A stretch of DNA of 63,703 nucleotides, filler included, from Diploschistes diacapsis (Eukaryota): assembly GCA_023645945.1 (NCBI GenBank). It is 6 parts of 6 records of this genome, joined end to end, with 100 filler letters (N's around TTAATTAATTAA, not from the genome) between each part and the next. Parts side by side here need not be neighbours in the genome. Positions count along the whole stretch, not along the records: positions 43,300 to 50,053 come from JALAIB010001354.1; positions 50,154 to 56,884 come from JALAIB010001355.1; positions 56,985 to 63,703 come from JALAIB010001356.1; 3 more parts are not named here. One strand, 5' to 3'. The notes beneath the pieces were generated by a model, which made no database searches, was not told the DNA's origin, and saw nothing but the letters and a program-made list of their open reading frames with translations. A program made the position numbers and the translations under genes. Positions 49,814 to 62,290 of this stretch are shown here, piece by piece; position 1 is the first letter of the stretch, and each line of letters opens with the position of its first letter.

Positions 49814-50053
49814 ATGTCCTCCTCCGCCCGCGCAACCGTGAACCCCAACTTCCCCACCCCCCTCACGCCGAACCTCAAATCCTCCATCAACAACGCCCTC
49901 CTCGCCTCCAACGCCGTGCCCAAGATCCAGGCCGCCCTGCTGCACGAGTGCCAGGCCTCGGGCTTCATTGCCGCCCTCCGCGCGCGCACGCTGGAGCTGC
50001 TGAGGAGTGGGGAATGCAGTAGCTACGGGGAGGTCATGGAGAAGGTTTTTGGG
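49814..50053 (+). CDS. Sus1/ENY2-like SAGA/TREX-2 subunit (3' lost in gap)
   Basis: INNALLASNAVPKIQAALLHECQASGFIAALRARTLELLRSGEC resembles the ENY2 pattern (L..SG....I...L...L..SGW...VR......I) recalled for Pezizomycotina Sus1. Confidence 0.55.
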
Positions 50054-50153
50054 NNNNNNNNNNNNNNNNNNNNNNNNNNNNNNNNNNNNNNNNNNNNTTA
50101 ATTAATTAANNNNNNNNNNNNNNNNNNNNNNNNNNNNNNNNNNNNNNNNNNNN
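50054..50153. other. Artificial contig spacer
   Basis: N44-TTAATTAATTAA-N44. Confidence 0.98.
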
Positions 50154-50305
50154 GTTCTACGTATTTCTATAAATAATATACATTTATATACAAATTATAT
50201 AGAGATTTAAATACCTAGCAGAGCCACAGTGAATTAAACAGAATGCACATTAAGGCGCCACTAAATATGTTACACAATTTTACAGTAGGCAGAATAAGAC
50301 ATACC
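50154..50305 (-). mobile_element. Terminus of an AT-rich dispersed repeat / transposon relic (copy A)
   Basis: Reverse complement of 63486-63638, with about 16 substitutions (nearly all transitions) and one indel. Confidence 0.75.
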
Positions 50306-50405
50306 CCATTAGTTACAAGACCTTGGACTCGAAGAAGCTTGCAAGTGTCCGTTTTTAAAGAGAACTCCCTTTATTAAATTAACAAAATTTTCATTGCGGT
50401 TCTTA

Positions 50406-53400
50406 ATGTCCTCTGCACCAGTGCCGAAGCGAACCGCGTCCCTCAAGCGGAACTCTATTGCCGGCAAGCGCAGTTCCTCCATTGACCGCAGAGATGAGAG
50501 CAGGAAACCCGCCAAAAGCGGGCCTCAGAACGACTTCGAGCTCGACGTCCAGAAGCTTCATTCTTTACCTTCTGAACAGCAGGATCAATATCTGTTCAAT
50601 TTCACAACGACCCTCGAGAAACACATATCTAAGCTGGGCCCAGCGGAATTGAAGACGCAGCAGGCAGCGCTGAAGAAAGAACTATTCCAAGTCATTAATC
50701 TTGCTTCGCCAGCTCCAACTCGAGTGATCCGCAACAGTATCGGACGATGCTTCCGGCGTATCTTTACGAAAGGGGACAGAAAGCTGCTCTTCGATACCAT
50801 TAGCGAGCTAGGGGAGCTGCTAAATGCTACGAAGGGGGATAAAGATGTGCGGAACAAGCACGCTGCCACATATTGCTTGGGTGAGATCTATAAAGTCGCA
50901 GGCGACGGGGCCATCAATCTCTCGACTGTGGTTTGTGCAGGCCTAACGAAGCTTTACAAAGCTTCCTCGAACCATGTCGCTACTCGAGCAGCTATATTCA
51001 AGACTCTGGGCAAGGTCGCCGCATCTATAGGGGGCTCACTAGAAGAGACTGTTGCTCGCGATGTCTGGAAACATGCGCGATCTGCTGCCTCGGCGGACAG
51101 AGGAGCACTTGTTCAGATCAACGCCTGTTGGTGCTTGGAACAGCTCATCAATGGGACAGCGTACTTCAACAACACCACAGATTATGACTCTCTTAAGTCT
51201 ACCATTTGGAAGGCCGGAGACAGCTCGGAGCCCGCCGTCAGAGCAGCGTCGGCGTCTTGTCTAGCTGCAATGATGATCAGAGCATACTCCGAGACTGACT
51301 CCGTGGTTCCTGTTCCCAAAACCCCACGTCCTAAGAAGCCAAAGAAGCAGACAGCATCCACGTCGGCGCCGAACCTAACGATACCCGACGAAGACGAGGC
51401 TGATGCGACTAAATTAGCGTCTCCGACGTGGAAAAAGAGCCAGCTAATGCTTGAGCTCACCATGCCTGATCTGTTGAAGCAGCTCTCTGCGCAGTACACA
51501 CGAGCGTCGACCAACAACAGACTGCGTGCGACAATTATTGCTTGCTATGCAAAGGTGTTTCGCTCGCTAGACGCGCATATCGTAGAGTCTCACTTCCACC
51601 TTATTGCTGAGCACCTTCTGGTCGAGCTCCTCAGCAACATTGTTATCTCGCATCATCGATATCGGTTGCTTCTGACGAGGAGATTTGTGCAGCGATTGCT
51701 TGCAGATGTCATTGGAAGACAAATCTTGGGCGAATCAGCCCAGCTAGCTTCGGCCAGGATCCTAATCAATAACATTCTAAAGGACTACCCTGCAGTGCTC
51801 AAGGAGAAACCCGAGCCATCTAAGAACACGTTGACTGGAGCTCTTAACGTTTTGGCATCCTTCATCCAGTACCTAGGCCCTGCCTTTGGCTCATTAGCAG
51901 ATGTTTGCCGTGATGCGCTCATTCAGGTCTTGCAGCATCCAAGCTATACCGTACAGATACATGCGTCGTACTGTCTTCGTCTCTTTGTTGATGCCTGCCC
52001 CCAGCAGCTGCTACATTGCGCGACTGCCTGTATGGATCACCTGACCCAAGGACTCGGTCAGATCAGTACTGAGCGCTTAGCTGCGCGCAAGAGTGTCGGC
52101 TACGCAAACGGACTCGCTGCTGTACTAAGTATCTCAAGCTCGCAGCCCTTGCATAGCTCTCTAGAGATAAGTTCTCGTGTCTTGCAACTAGCTACTAATT
52201 TGCTGAAGTCAAGTGTAAATGAAGAGCTACGAGTTTCTGGCACCCAGGTCCAAGTCGCTTGGGTTCTTATCGGAGGTCTCATGTCTCTAGGGCCAAACTT
52301 TGTCAAAGTACACTTATCTCAGCTTCTGCTGATGTGGAGAAACGCTCTTCCTCGAGCATTGGCCAAAGAGAACGTTGGTCAACGGGGTACGGCCGAGCTT
52401 AGCTACCTTGTCCATGTCCGCGAGTGCGCCCTGGGCTCGATACTGTCGTTCCTAGAGTATAACAGCCGACTTCTTACCTCTGACATCTCCAAACGTATCT
52501 CCGCCTTGCTACAGAATACCATTGACTTTCTTCAAGATCTGCCTGCTGTAAAGGATGAAAACGATCTAGCACCAAAGATCACCGCTTCCCTGCAGCTTTA
52601 TGACTTGGTACAGATGGTACGAAGGCGTGTGTTGCAATGCTTCACTCGGCTGGCAACGAAGAGTCCGCATACGTGCAAAGAGATCCTGTCTCAGGCGAAT
52701 CTCCTGGTCTTTGCTACGTCCTGCTTTGCGGAACCGGAGGGCTATGCCCGTGGCTCTCTCGGTACGGCAATAGCAAACTCTGCGAATTTCGATGGCATCT
52801 GGAACGTCGCTGATAATTCCGGATATGGTATCTCTGGGCTTATGCGAGGTCTGGGCATCAAAGCTCTGCCGGGAGAGCATGACCAGGGTAACAAGTCTAA
52901 CTGGCATTACCGCAATGAGCCTTCTGGAAGCGTGGATTCATTAGTGAGTTAATATGACTGCGACAACGCAACGCACACTGATCGCTCCAGTTGCTCTCAC
53001 CCATATGCGGCGCGAGGGAGCATGATTCCGTATATATGCATCTTGTAAACCGTGATGGCATCGAAGAGCTTCCGGATCCCCCAGCTACCGAGGTGGTAAA
53101 CTCAGCTATAGCACTATTCGCAATGTCGTTGCCGTTACAACAGCCCAAGGTCCAGGAAAGTGCCCTGGAACAGCTCTCGATGTACATCTCTGCCAAGGGT
53201 CTTCAAAGGGATCCTGGTCGAAAAGCTGCGATCACTGTAAACGTAGCTTTGGCATTGTTGAACACAGTAAAAGTAAGCTCCAATGAGACTTCCGCCAACT
53301 CTGGGGATATCAAGTCGCTACCGGTGGAAAAGTGTCTTGACGACATACTACGAGTACGTTTCACGAAGTTTAATTGATGCCTCCGCTAACTCCTGAAAGG

Positions 53401-56400
53401 CCTTGATTATAGATCCAGATAATTATATTAGGAACGCTGCGTACGAAGCACTCGGAAGGCTGTGTAACGGCTCCGGAAATAGCTTGACTGCGACTGTTGT
53501 GAATAGTCTAGTAGAGACAATCGTGTCGAATCGAGAGCCCAACGCTCGAGCTGGATGCGCGATGGCTCTCGCCTCGATCCATTCGAGCGTTGGTGGTATG
53601 GCAGCAGGCTTCCACCTGCGCAAGATCCATGGAATTTTGCTCTCACTCTGTAGCGACCCGCATCCGACAGTCCACTTCTGGGCAATTGAAGCACTGTCGA
53701 AGGTGGCAGAATCAGCAGGCCTGACTTTCTCTGCTTACATGCCGAGCACTCTGGGTCTGCTAGCTCAACTATGGGTATCCGATTCCCACTGCGAGGAAGC
53801 CGATGCCATTGGAACCTCAAATACGGAACTCGAAATGCCAACACCAGCGGTCATCGCTCACTCCATCGCCTCGCTCATCAACGTGCTGGGCCCAGACTTG
53901 CAGGATATGGCCAAGCCTCGCGACTTGATATTCACCCTCGTCAAGCAGTTCGATCTGGACGAGCAGCCAATGGTACAAGCGCAGGCCTTGCAATGCTGGG
54001 AACATATTTATCTATATGCAGCACCACATGTCGAGTTCGCGAGGTATGTGCGCCAGCTACAGAAGGGTCTTGCAAACCCAGATCTGGATGTACATCGAAT
54101 GGCTGTGAATGGTCTGTACAGCCTTATGCAGCGTAGCGCCCAGCGTACACTCGATGCCGCTTCGGAAGGCATTGAAGATCAGATTTGGAGTTCTCTGGAC
54201 AAGCCAGACGATCAGAAAGGAATCAAAAGCATCATCGATGTCTGGTTGAGCCAGACATGCCTCGAGCAGCCGGCACAGTGGATTACCAGATGCCAGGAGA
54301 TGCTCACAAAGACAGTAGCCAAGGTAAATGACCCTGCGTCAGCCCAGGAATCAAAGGCCGATCAATCAACTGCACCAGCGATGCAAGATGAGGAAGTTGC
54401 TGGTTTCAATGTGGGCGAGTCAAAAGATGATGATGCAGGCACAGGTACTGTTGGCCAAGAGCTGCTCAGGTGGCAGATTCGTGCTTTTGCTCTCAGCTGT
54501 CTCAATTCCGCATTCGTGCTATGCGGTAAGGATCTTCACACTAACCCAGAGTCTGAAGCTGGCCATGTATTGCAGTCGAAGGTAGGAGATATCATCCGCA
54601 TGGCATTCCTGGCTTCTACTTCCTCTGTCGTAGAGCTTAGAATAGGAGGGCTGAAGCTGATCGATCAGGTTCTCTTGGTAGGGACCACTATGTGCTCTTC
54701 GGATGACCCAGCTAACATTTAGTGCAGCAATTCGGAAGAACTCCTGACCCAGACTTCGCAGAAGCGCTACTTCTGGAACAGTATCAAGCTCAGATAAGCT
54801 CTGCACTTACGCCAGCGTTTGGCGCAGATTCGACGCCAGAGTTGGCTTCGGCGGCTGTCAATGTCTGCGCTACTTTCATTGCCACTGGACTTGTGACAGA
54901 TGTCGATCGTATGGGGAGGATTCTAAAGCTTTTGGTATCGTCGCTGGCAAGCTTTACCGGTAAGGCCCTTCAGACATTTCTCCCATGGCGTGACTTCGCT
55001 AACCGAAACTAGTCGCGACCGGCGATCCATCTATTGGCGACTTAAATGGCCTAAGCTCAAACGCTCAGAGGATGATCAAGATGGCGGTTCTGTCCGCTTG
55101 GGCAGAGCTCCAGGTAGCGAGCGCTGAGCAGGACTATCTGGTAGATGTTGTCAAGCCACACGTGACGAAATTGACTCCTTTATGGCTTTCCTCCCTACAG
55201 GACTTTGCCCGCTTGCGATTCGAACCTGATATTTCTAGTACCGTTGGTAGTGGGCCTGACGACCCATTAGACACCGTTTATGCTGCACTGAATCGGGAGA
55301 CGTTGCTCAAGGTACGATATCGAAATTGTATGTGTTTGTGGGTATGGCGCTGATGGCTACCGAAGTTCTACCAGGATACGTGGCTTACACTTTTCGAAGC
55401 CATCGCGAGTCTCATCGATCAAGATAGTGATTTTGTGTTTGATGCTCTGGATCGGAAAGAAGACGGCAAAACTCCAAATGGAACGGTCATCAAGGGGCAA
55501 CACATTAATTATCGAGACGAGCCAGTAGCATTCTTCTTCATCCTTTACGGTGTCGCTTTCGAGGCGCTCGTTACACGATCCAGCAATACGTCTGACAGGC
55601 GAGACCAAACCCTCAAGATTTTGATTGCTCTTAAGAAGATCCTCCGACCGTCCGTAGCAGGTCATGCTATATATCAGGATGTCGTCTTTTCGGAGACTAT
55701 GGACGTCTTCGACCGTCTCGCTCAGACCGAAGGCCTCGCGGTTCAATCAGCAATCGTTGAGGTTACACGAAATCTCTGCTTGTCCCACCCTTCTGTCGAC
55801 GAAGAGGCCAGCGAAGAGCATCTCTCAGACGACATCGAACAACTCTTCGAACTAACCCGCATCATCGTCCTCGTCCTCGCCGGCGTCCTCCCCAACCTCA
55901 GCGAGAAGCCCACCTCCCTCCGCAACCCGCTCTCGGACGAAGCAGTCAACCTCATCTCCGTCGCCCTCTCCTCCCTCGTCGACGCCGCCGACGTCTTCCC
56001 CTCCGTCATTCGCACCGACCTCCGCTCCTGCATCACCCACATCTTCACCACCATCCTCGGCACCGGCGCCTGCCAGGCCCTGGTCGTGCCCCGCATCCTG
56101 CCCATCTTCAAACGCTTCGTCCAAAACCTCGCCGAAGACCTCGACGAGTCCTCGAACCCGTCCCCCATCTCCGCCCAGCTCCGCATCACCCTCTCCCGCC
56201 TCCGATCAATCCTGCACAACGCCCAGCGCCGCGAAACCGAAGCCAGCCTCCAGTGCGCCCGCAACACCCTCATGGCATCCGTCATCCTCCTGACCTCTTC
56301 CTCCTCCGGCGGCACCGGCATTCCAGCCTCCGACCCCCAAGTCCCGCGCATCCTCTCCGACCTGCTCGACTGCCTCTCAGACCTGGGCCTCGGCAAAGTC

Positions 56401-56884
56401 GCCGCCAACTGCAGCCGCAGCCTCCTGCTCTCGGCAGCGGGGGCGAGCGCAGAGACGGACACGGACACGGACACAAAGGCCCGCGCCCCCCGACCCCTCG
56501 CCGACTCCATCGCGACCTTCCTCCTCCCGCGCCTCCTGCACTTTCTCCTCGCCGACGGCGACGGCGACGACACCACCAACACCCAGCCCGACCCAGACGG
56601 CGCCCGCCCCATCGTGCTGAACGCCCTGCTCTCCTTCCTCGCGGCCCTGCGGCCGGGCCCGTCCGAGCGCAGGACCGCCCTCCTCTGCGTCGTGCTCCCC
56701 GCCGTGCTGCAGCGCGCGCAGGTACTGGGGAAGGCGTCGTACGCGGAGTTCGCGGCGCGGCTGGTGGCGATCGCCGCGGCGGACCAGGCGGCGTTTCGGG
56801 GCGTGGTGGCGGGCTTGGGTGCGGAGCAGAGGGCGCTGGTGGAGGATGTTATTTGGGCGGGGAGCAGAAGGGGAGGAGGAAGGG
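50406..56884 (+). CDS. LAA1: HEAT-repeat AP-1 accessory protein Laa1/HEATR5, multi-exon (extreme 3' end lost in gap)
   Basis: About 2000 aa across spliced ORFs. Motifs ELDVQKLHSLPSEQQ, GPNFVKVHLSQLLLMWRNALP, REPNARAGCAMAL, CSDPHPTVHFWA, PDPDFAEALLLEQYQAQISSALTPAF and DFARLRFEPD. Confidence 0.9.
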
Positions 56885-56984
56885 NNNNNNNNNNNNNNNN
56901 NNNNNNNNNNNNNNNNNNNNNNNNNNNNTTAATTAATTAANNNNNNNNNNNNNNNNNNNNNNNNNNNNNNNNNNNNNNNNNNNN
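56885..56984. other. Artificial contig spacer
   Basis: N44-TTAATTAATTAA-N44. Confidence 0.98.
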
Positions 56985-58237
56985 CTTCCTACCTTGCTTG
57001 GAATACCATGCCGAGGCAGGCGCGGCACAAACGAAGAAGATACGTGCCGGTAACGAGCAGCAAAACAAGGGAAGGCAGTTATCAGCTCCGCCTTGGGGGG
57101 AATCAGGTCTATCGGCACCCGTCCATGCTGTGCGCTGTGCTGTACGGTGCTGCCAAGGGGGGCTCCGGTTGTACCCTGCGGAATGGCCTCGTGCGAGCAC
57201 CTTGCGAGAGAGAATATTGACAACCGGGAAAAAAAAAACCAGCGGCTCTCAACCTAATGGGGGTGGGTGTTCCCCCTCTTCCGTCAGTCAGCGTGCTGAA
57301 TCGCTGCTGCCCACCTGGCGTTGATGGAGAGGGTTGAGGGGGGGCCGGCTGGCATGATCACGTTCACGGCGGTAAACACAAAACGAGGCGTTCTCGATGC
57401 ACAAGGAAGGGGAGGGGTGGGGGGGGGGGGGACGACCTGAATTCTGAAGCTCCTGTGTCGAGCGTATTTGCAGCTATCTCGCCTTCCTTTTGCTCCTTTC
57501 GTTTTTCCCCACAATCCCCGCCCCCAGATTGCAAAAAGAGAACATAGGCCACTCCACCCGAAGCAGCAGAGCGCACGTCCAGCATCCCGCGTCCCGCGTC
57601 CGGAAGCCAAGCACCCAGCAAATTTGCACAAGATAGAAAATGCGTACGCCAGCAATGGAACAAGGACATACGAAAATGCTCGGAGAGCAGCGACTGAGCG
57701 TCCTCCCCGTTCCCCCCTTCATCATTCGACGAGAGCCAATTCGTTCGCTACTTGCATCAGTCCCTGCTGGACCTTGCTTTCTGCGCGCACTGTACCCATC
57801 CCTGGTTGATGAAGCCCAACTAACAGCCCATCTCCTTGTTCTCGCGCAGAATATCATCTAATCATATGCTCTTTTTAATTCATGACACGTACTTGTGAAT
57901 CCTATATCATGGAAATGAAAAAATTCTTTCTCCCATTAACCCTAGTGCCGCCTGTGAACAGATACAAAATCTCCCCCTGCTAGCTGCTGCCCGGGGTCTG
58001 AAGAGAGGAACGGTGGAGTAAAAGAGATGTTGCGCTGCAATCGCGAGCAGCCGACTCGGAAGAGCGAGGCACAGCTATGGAGCCAAGCTTCCTCCCCTTG
58101 AGGGAATGACAATGGAGGCCATGACGGGACGGCGTGGAAAGCGAGGTGGCAGATCTTGCATGGGGCAAGATCATTTATGTCTGCAGTAAGCTTATGAGAG
58201 ACCAATTTCAAACGGAATTCGCTGAACTGGTGCTGAA

Positions 58238-59534
58238 TTACAGAATATATTTGTTCAGATTGTTCTGAATGATCGTATCTTGGACACTCGCCATTGTGAT
58301 CTTTAATAGGTTGGTATCCGTGGCGTTGGTGTAGTGAACGTAGATCTCCCGATCCGGCGTCCTGTTTAGCCCTTTAAACTTCTTTTCAAAGTAGTTTGTT
58401 GCTGCGTCCACGTCATCGTCTGCGCCCGAGTAGTCTGGGAAGTATTCGCGGATTGGGTTTTTGGCAAGTTTCTCTTGGAAGAGGTCCATCTTGTTCAGAA
58501 AGAGAATGATTGATGACTTACGGAACCATGGAAGGCTGAGGACGGATTCGAAGAGCATCAAAGCTTCATGCATTTGATTCTAGGCAAACCAAGTCAGCAT
58601 GACCGAGCCTACCACGTGGGTGCTCGGGGTCACTCACCGCGGTCTTGTCCTCGACCAAACACTGGTCATAGCCGCTGAGTGCGGCCACAAAGAGCAAGCA
58701 ATGCACACCTTCAAAACAATGCACCCATTTCTTCCGCTCGGATCTCTGTCCACCAACATCGAACATATGATACGTGAGTGGACCTAGCTCAAACAAGGTC
58801 TCAGTTATGCCTGTTGTTCGTAGTCGTGACCGTAGCACATCTTGGTCGTTCGGCAAATAGCCAGATTCAAAAAGTCGGTCGATGTTGGAGTAGTAACTTT
58901 AGGCCTTAGTAGAATGCACGATGAGGATGCGTCGGACTGGGACTCACTAAGCAATGTTATCGTGAAGTGCAAACTCGTTACCCCTTTTCATAGTCTGCTG
59001 GACTGACGGGTCCTTCCATAAGCCTTGCATGGCGGCCAAGCAATCAATTGGAAAGCTGTCTTCTATTCCGATGTCATCCTGATTCGCAATAATCGCTTCG
59101 TATTTCTGGGTGAATATTTAGCGCCCCTCAAGACCTCTTGAACAACGTCAAATTACCAGACTATCGCCATACTCGTAATCTAGGCTCAGATCCCTCATCT
59201 CTTCGCCGATGATTTTGAAGGCCACAACCATGTTGGAGAATATTACTTGGCGTACTTCTTTGCGCTCGTGGGCACCAAACCCATCGGTGTATATTAGGCG
59301 CATTTGCTTGAGAATCGTGGACTTGCCAGACTCTCCAGCTCCTGCAGGCAGCATTAGGCATACCTAGCCGGCCTGGGCAGCACAGGACCACTGACCTAAC
59401 AGAAGTATCTTAACATTCTTGGCCTGGGCCTTCTTGTCCTTCCTGATCATGCGATCTATCTCGTCATTCTTCTTCCTTTCTTCGCTCGAAACGCGAGATA
59501 GGTTGTTGCTCTTGCCAAACTTTAAGCACATCAT
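58238..59534 (-). CDS. gna-2: Heterotrimeric G-protein alpha subunit, fungal group II (GNA-2/GanA type), 5 exons
   Basis: MMCLKFG N-terminus lacks Gly2, as in group II. Motifs [46 protein letters not shown] and TNATDT. Confidence 0.88.
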
Positions 59535-62290
59535 TGAGGAAGCGGCCGCTGAAGCAGCACGAATGCCGACGTGTCCCTCCTTATATCTTTACAGCCTTGC
59601 CGTGGGCTTCTATGGGCCGGCCACCGGAATTCGGACAGGAGGGTCAATCGCTGGTATCTTGAGGCGTTCGGTGACACAGCCGAGCAACAATCGATTGCGG
59701 GAAGGAGAGAAGGTGGAGATTGAAGTTCTTGGCAGCGCCGCAGCAGCAACGGAGGGAAGAGCCTTGCAAAATTGACAGACTGGGACGTGTATTACAAGCA
59801 AGTGTTAGCTCAGTCAATAAGAAGCAGGCATGAATGGCCCATGTTGGACGATAGGAGACAGATAAGGTTCACGCACTGCAGACTTACCCCTTGTTATTGA
59901 AGATTCAAGGAGAGCATCGAGGACAATAGCTGATGTACTTGTAGTGAAGAAAGGAGCCTGCGTAGTCCACTGCACTAGTCTAGTGTAGAAAGCAGAGGTT
60001 GTGTGGTCGGTCTCTTTGAAGTTCGAACGGCAAGACTAAGAAAGCCCGGCGTGCCAGTCCACTTCATCAACCTTACTAGTACCAAGCTGGGCATCCCTGA
60101 GCACACCAACCCACTCTAGCCTGCTCTGGAAAGTTTTTACAATATCACTAATAATAATAATAATTGTACGAGCTCTCCAACGTCGCAGCCGAGAAGCCCC
60201 ATCTTTTCCCAAGGTTACCCCCCCCCCCAAGTCGCCTTTCAGTTCCAGTTCGAATGCAAAGTTGAAATCCGCTGCTGATGGTGGCTGTAGCATACAATAG
60301 GTGGCCCCTTTATGCACGAGGCTTGTGGCTAAGTCGTGGATCCTCGACCGTTCTGTGAGGAGACTATCTGGTATGGATGGATGATAAGAGGAGGACAATG
60401 AACTGCTATTCGCTCCTGCATTTCAATCCCTCGCAAACCCCTCCTTCAATGGCTACTTTTGTGATGCCACTATATATGGCTGCCTTCACGCCTTCTGGCA
60501 AAGAGTTTTGGTTTGGCAAACTGGCACTCAAAGCTTTGCTTACTATAAGTTTCCGCACTGGTGCGCATCAATTCCAGCAATAGAACATGGGTTTCCTTGT
60601 AAGCAGCGGATCGGCAAATGTCTATCTCATCGAGCTGCTGCGCCACCGGATGTGCCGATTCTGGTGGTTACAACTTTACAACTCACAACTTGCAAACCTA
60701 CAACATCCGGGGGCACTCTGGTAGGCGAGCGGCCGCTACCGGGTTAAACAATTGCCATCAATTGTACAACCTACTTTTTCATGCTGGGTGATTATTATCC
60801 CGAAATATACTCTAAACTGCAATGCCTATCCTCCATCGCTCTTGAGCCTGGTGAGTTCAAGTTGCGGAGATCGGAGCCTGATGAGTTGTATTCATAAGCC
60901 CATGATGCAGAAGCGTTATGCAAGTTGCAATGCTCCACACGAACCCCTTAAATGAACCCCTTAAATCTGGTCGGTTGGCATCAAATCTTCTTTTCTATTA
61001 TTAATTGTATCAATTGTTCTAACTGGTAACTTATTAATGGCTTTTATAACTGACGTCATAAAGGAGTGACTGGGTGATTACAATAATACCATATAACAGT
61101 TTACAGTCGTGAGGCAGCATGATAATCATGATGATATAGAGTAAGTAATGTTAGGGGAGGGAGGGTCGTGATGTTCATATTCATATCCTATCCTGGTGGG
61201 GGGGGGCGGCCACTTTGCTACTTTCCTACTTCCCTGCTTTCCTGCTTCGCCCCACGTGAGAGTGCCTTATGCGCATGTGGCAGAGGCGTGGCCCAGTACA
61301 TTCCCGGCGCGTTTGCAGATATATAGATACCTAGCCAAGGCACGCGCGGAAGAGAGAATATTTGCCTCTTCTGAAGGTCGTGAAGAACGGGAAGACGGTC
61401 CGCAGGGTCTCACTCAACGGCGAAGCATGCCACGTGTGAAGTGAATCGAATGGAATCGAGGCGCTGATGACGGGAGAGTAGTATACTGCCAGATGCATGT
61501 AACAACGTCCCACTTACTTACGTTCACCGCTTTGCTCTTCTTAGCCACGAGCTTCTGTATCCCTGCCATACTCCCCTTGACCTTGACTCGGGGTTGGGGA
61601 GAGTTTGAAGCTTTGCCCCCACACCATCCATAATCCCAGAGTCCGTACTGTTAAGGTCCGGAGCGAAGCTGAACACGGCTGGGGGTTGGGCGTCAGCTAT
61701 ATGATTCAGCTGATGCCTTATCGGGGCGCTACGGGACCTACGGTAGGTCTGCCAGAAAACCAATCACCTATACTTTAATTAAAACGACTGTGTTTTGCTG
61801 GATGCTCTTGGTGGAGGAGGAAGCGTGGTAAAGCAACATCCATCATCCATCTTCTGCAAGTTACGACAAGGAAGCTGAGGCTATCCGGAGATATCCGGAG
61901 ATGCTCGGAAATACCCGGAGATAGCACTTAAGAAAAGGCCCATCATCTGCATTACCACCCAGTACTGGTGGCGAGTTTTGTGTCGGATATCCCTTTAGTC
62001 CTTGAATTGAAGCCTGCGCAGGTCCCACCTTTATTGAGATGGAAAAAATAATCATGGGGCTCCTAGCTGAGCGGGGATGTGTTGTGAGTCGAAGTCAAAG
62101 TTGGTCAATAGCGAGTTATGGGAAGACAGCCAAGCTATTCGCAGGGCGCATGGATCATATATATGCTTCAAATTATTTCTACCTGCCATAATGATGTACT
62201 TCCTATCTGTCCTTCACACCAGCCAATCTCTCGAGCTTCACGACACGGACGTGCAGCCACTTTTCGACGCCGTTGCCTCGTCAGTATAAA

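Noticed and set aside
47154..59534. STE50 and G-alpha as a signalling gene cluster
   Set aside because: They lie on different contigs joined artificially.
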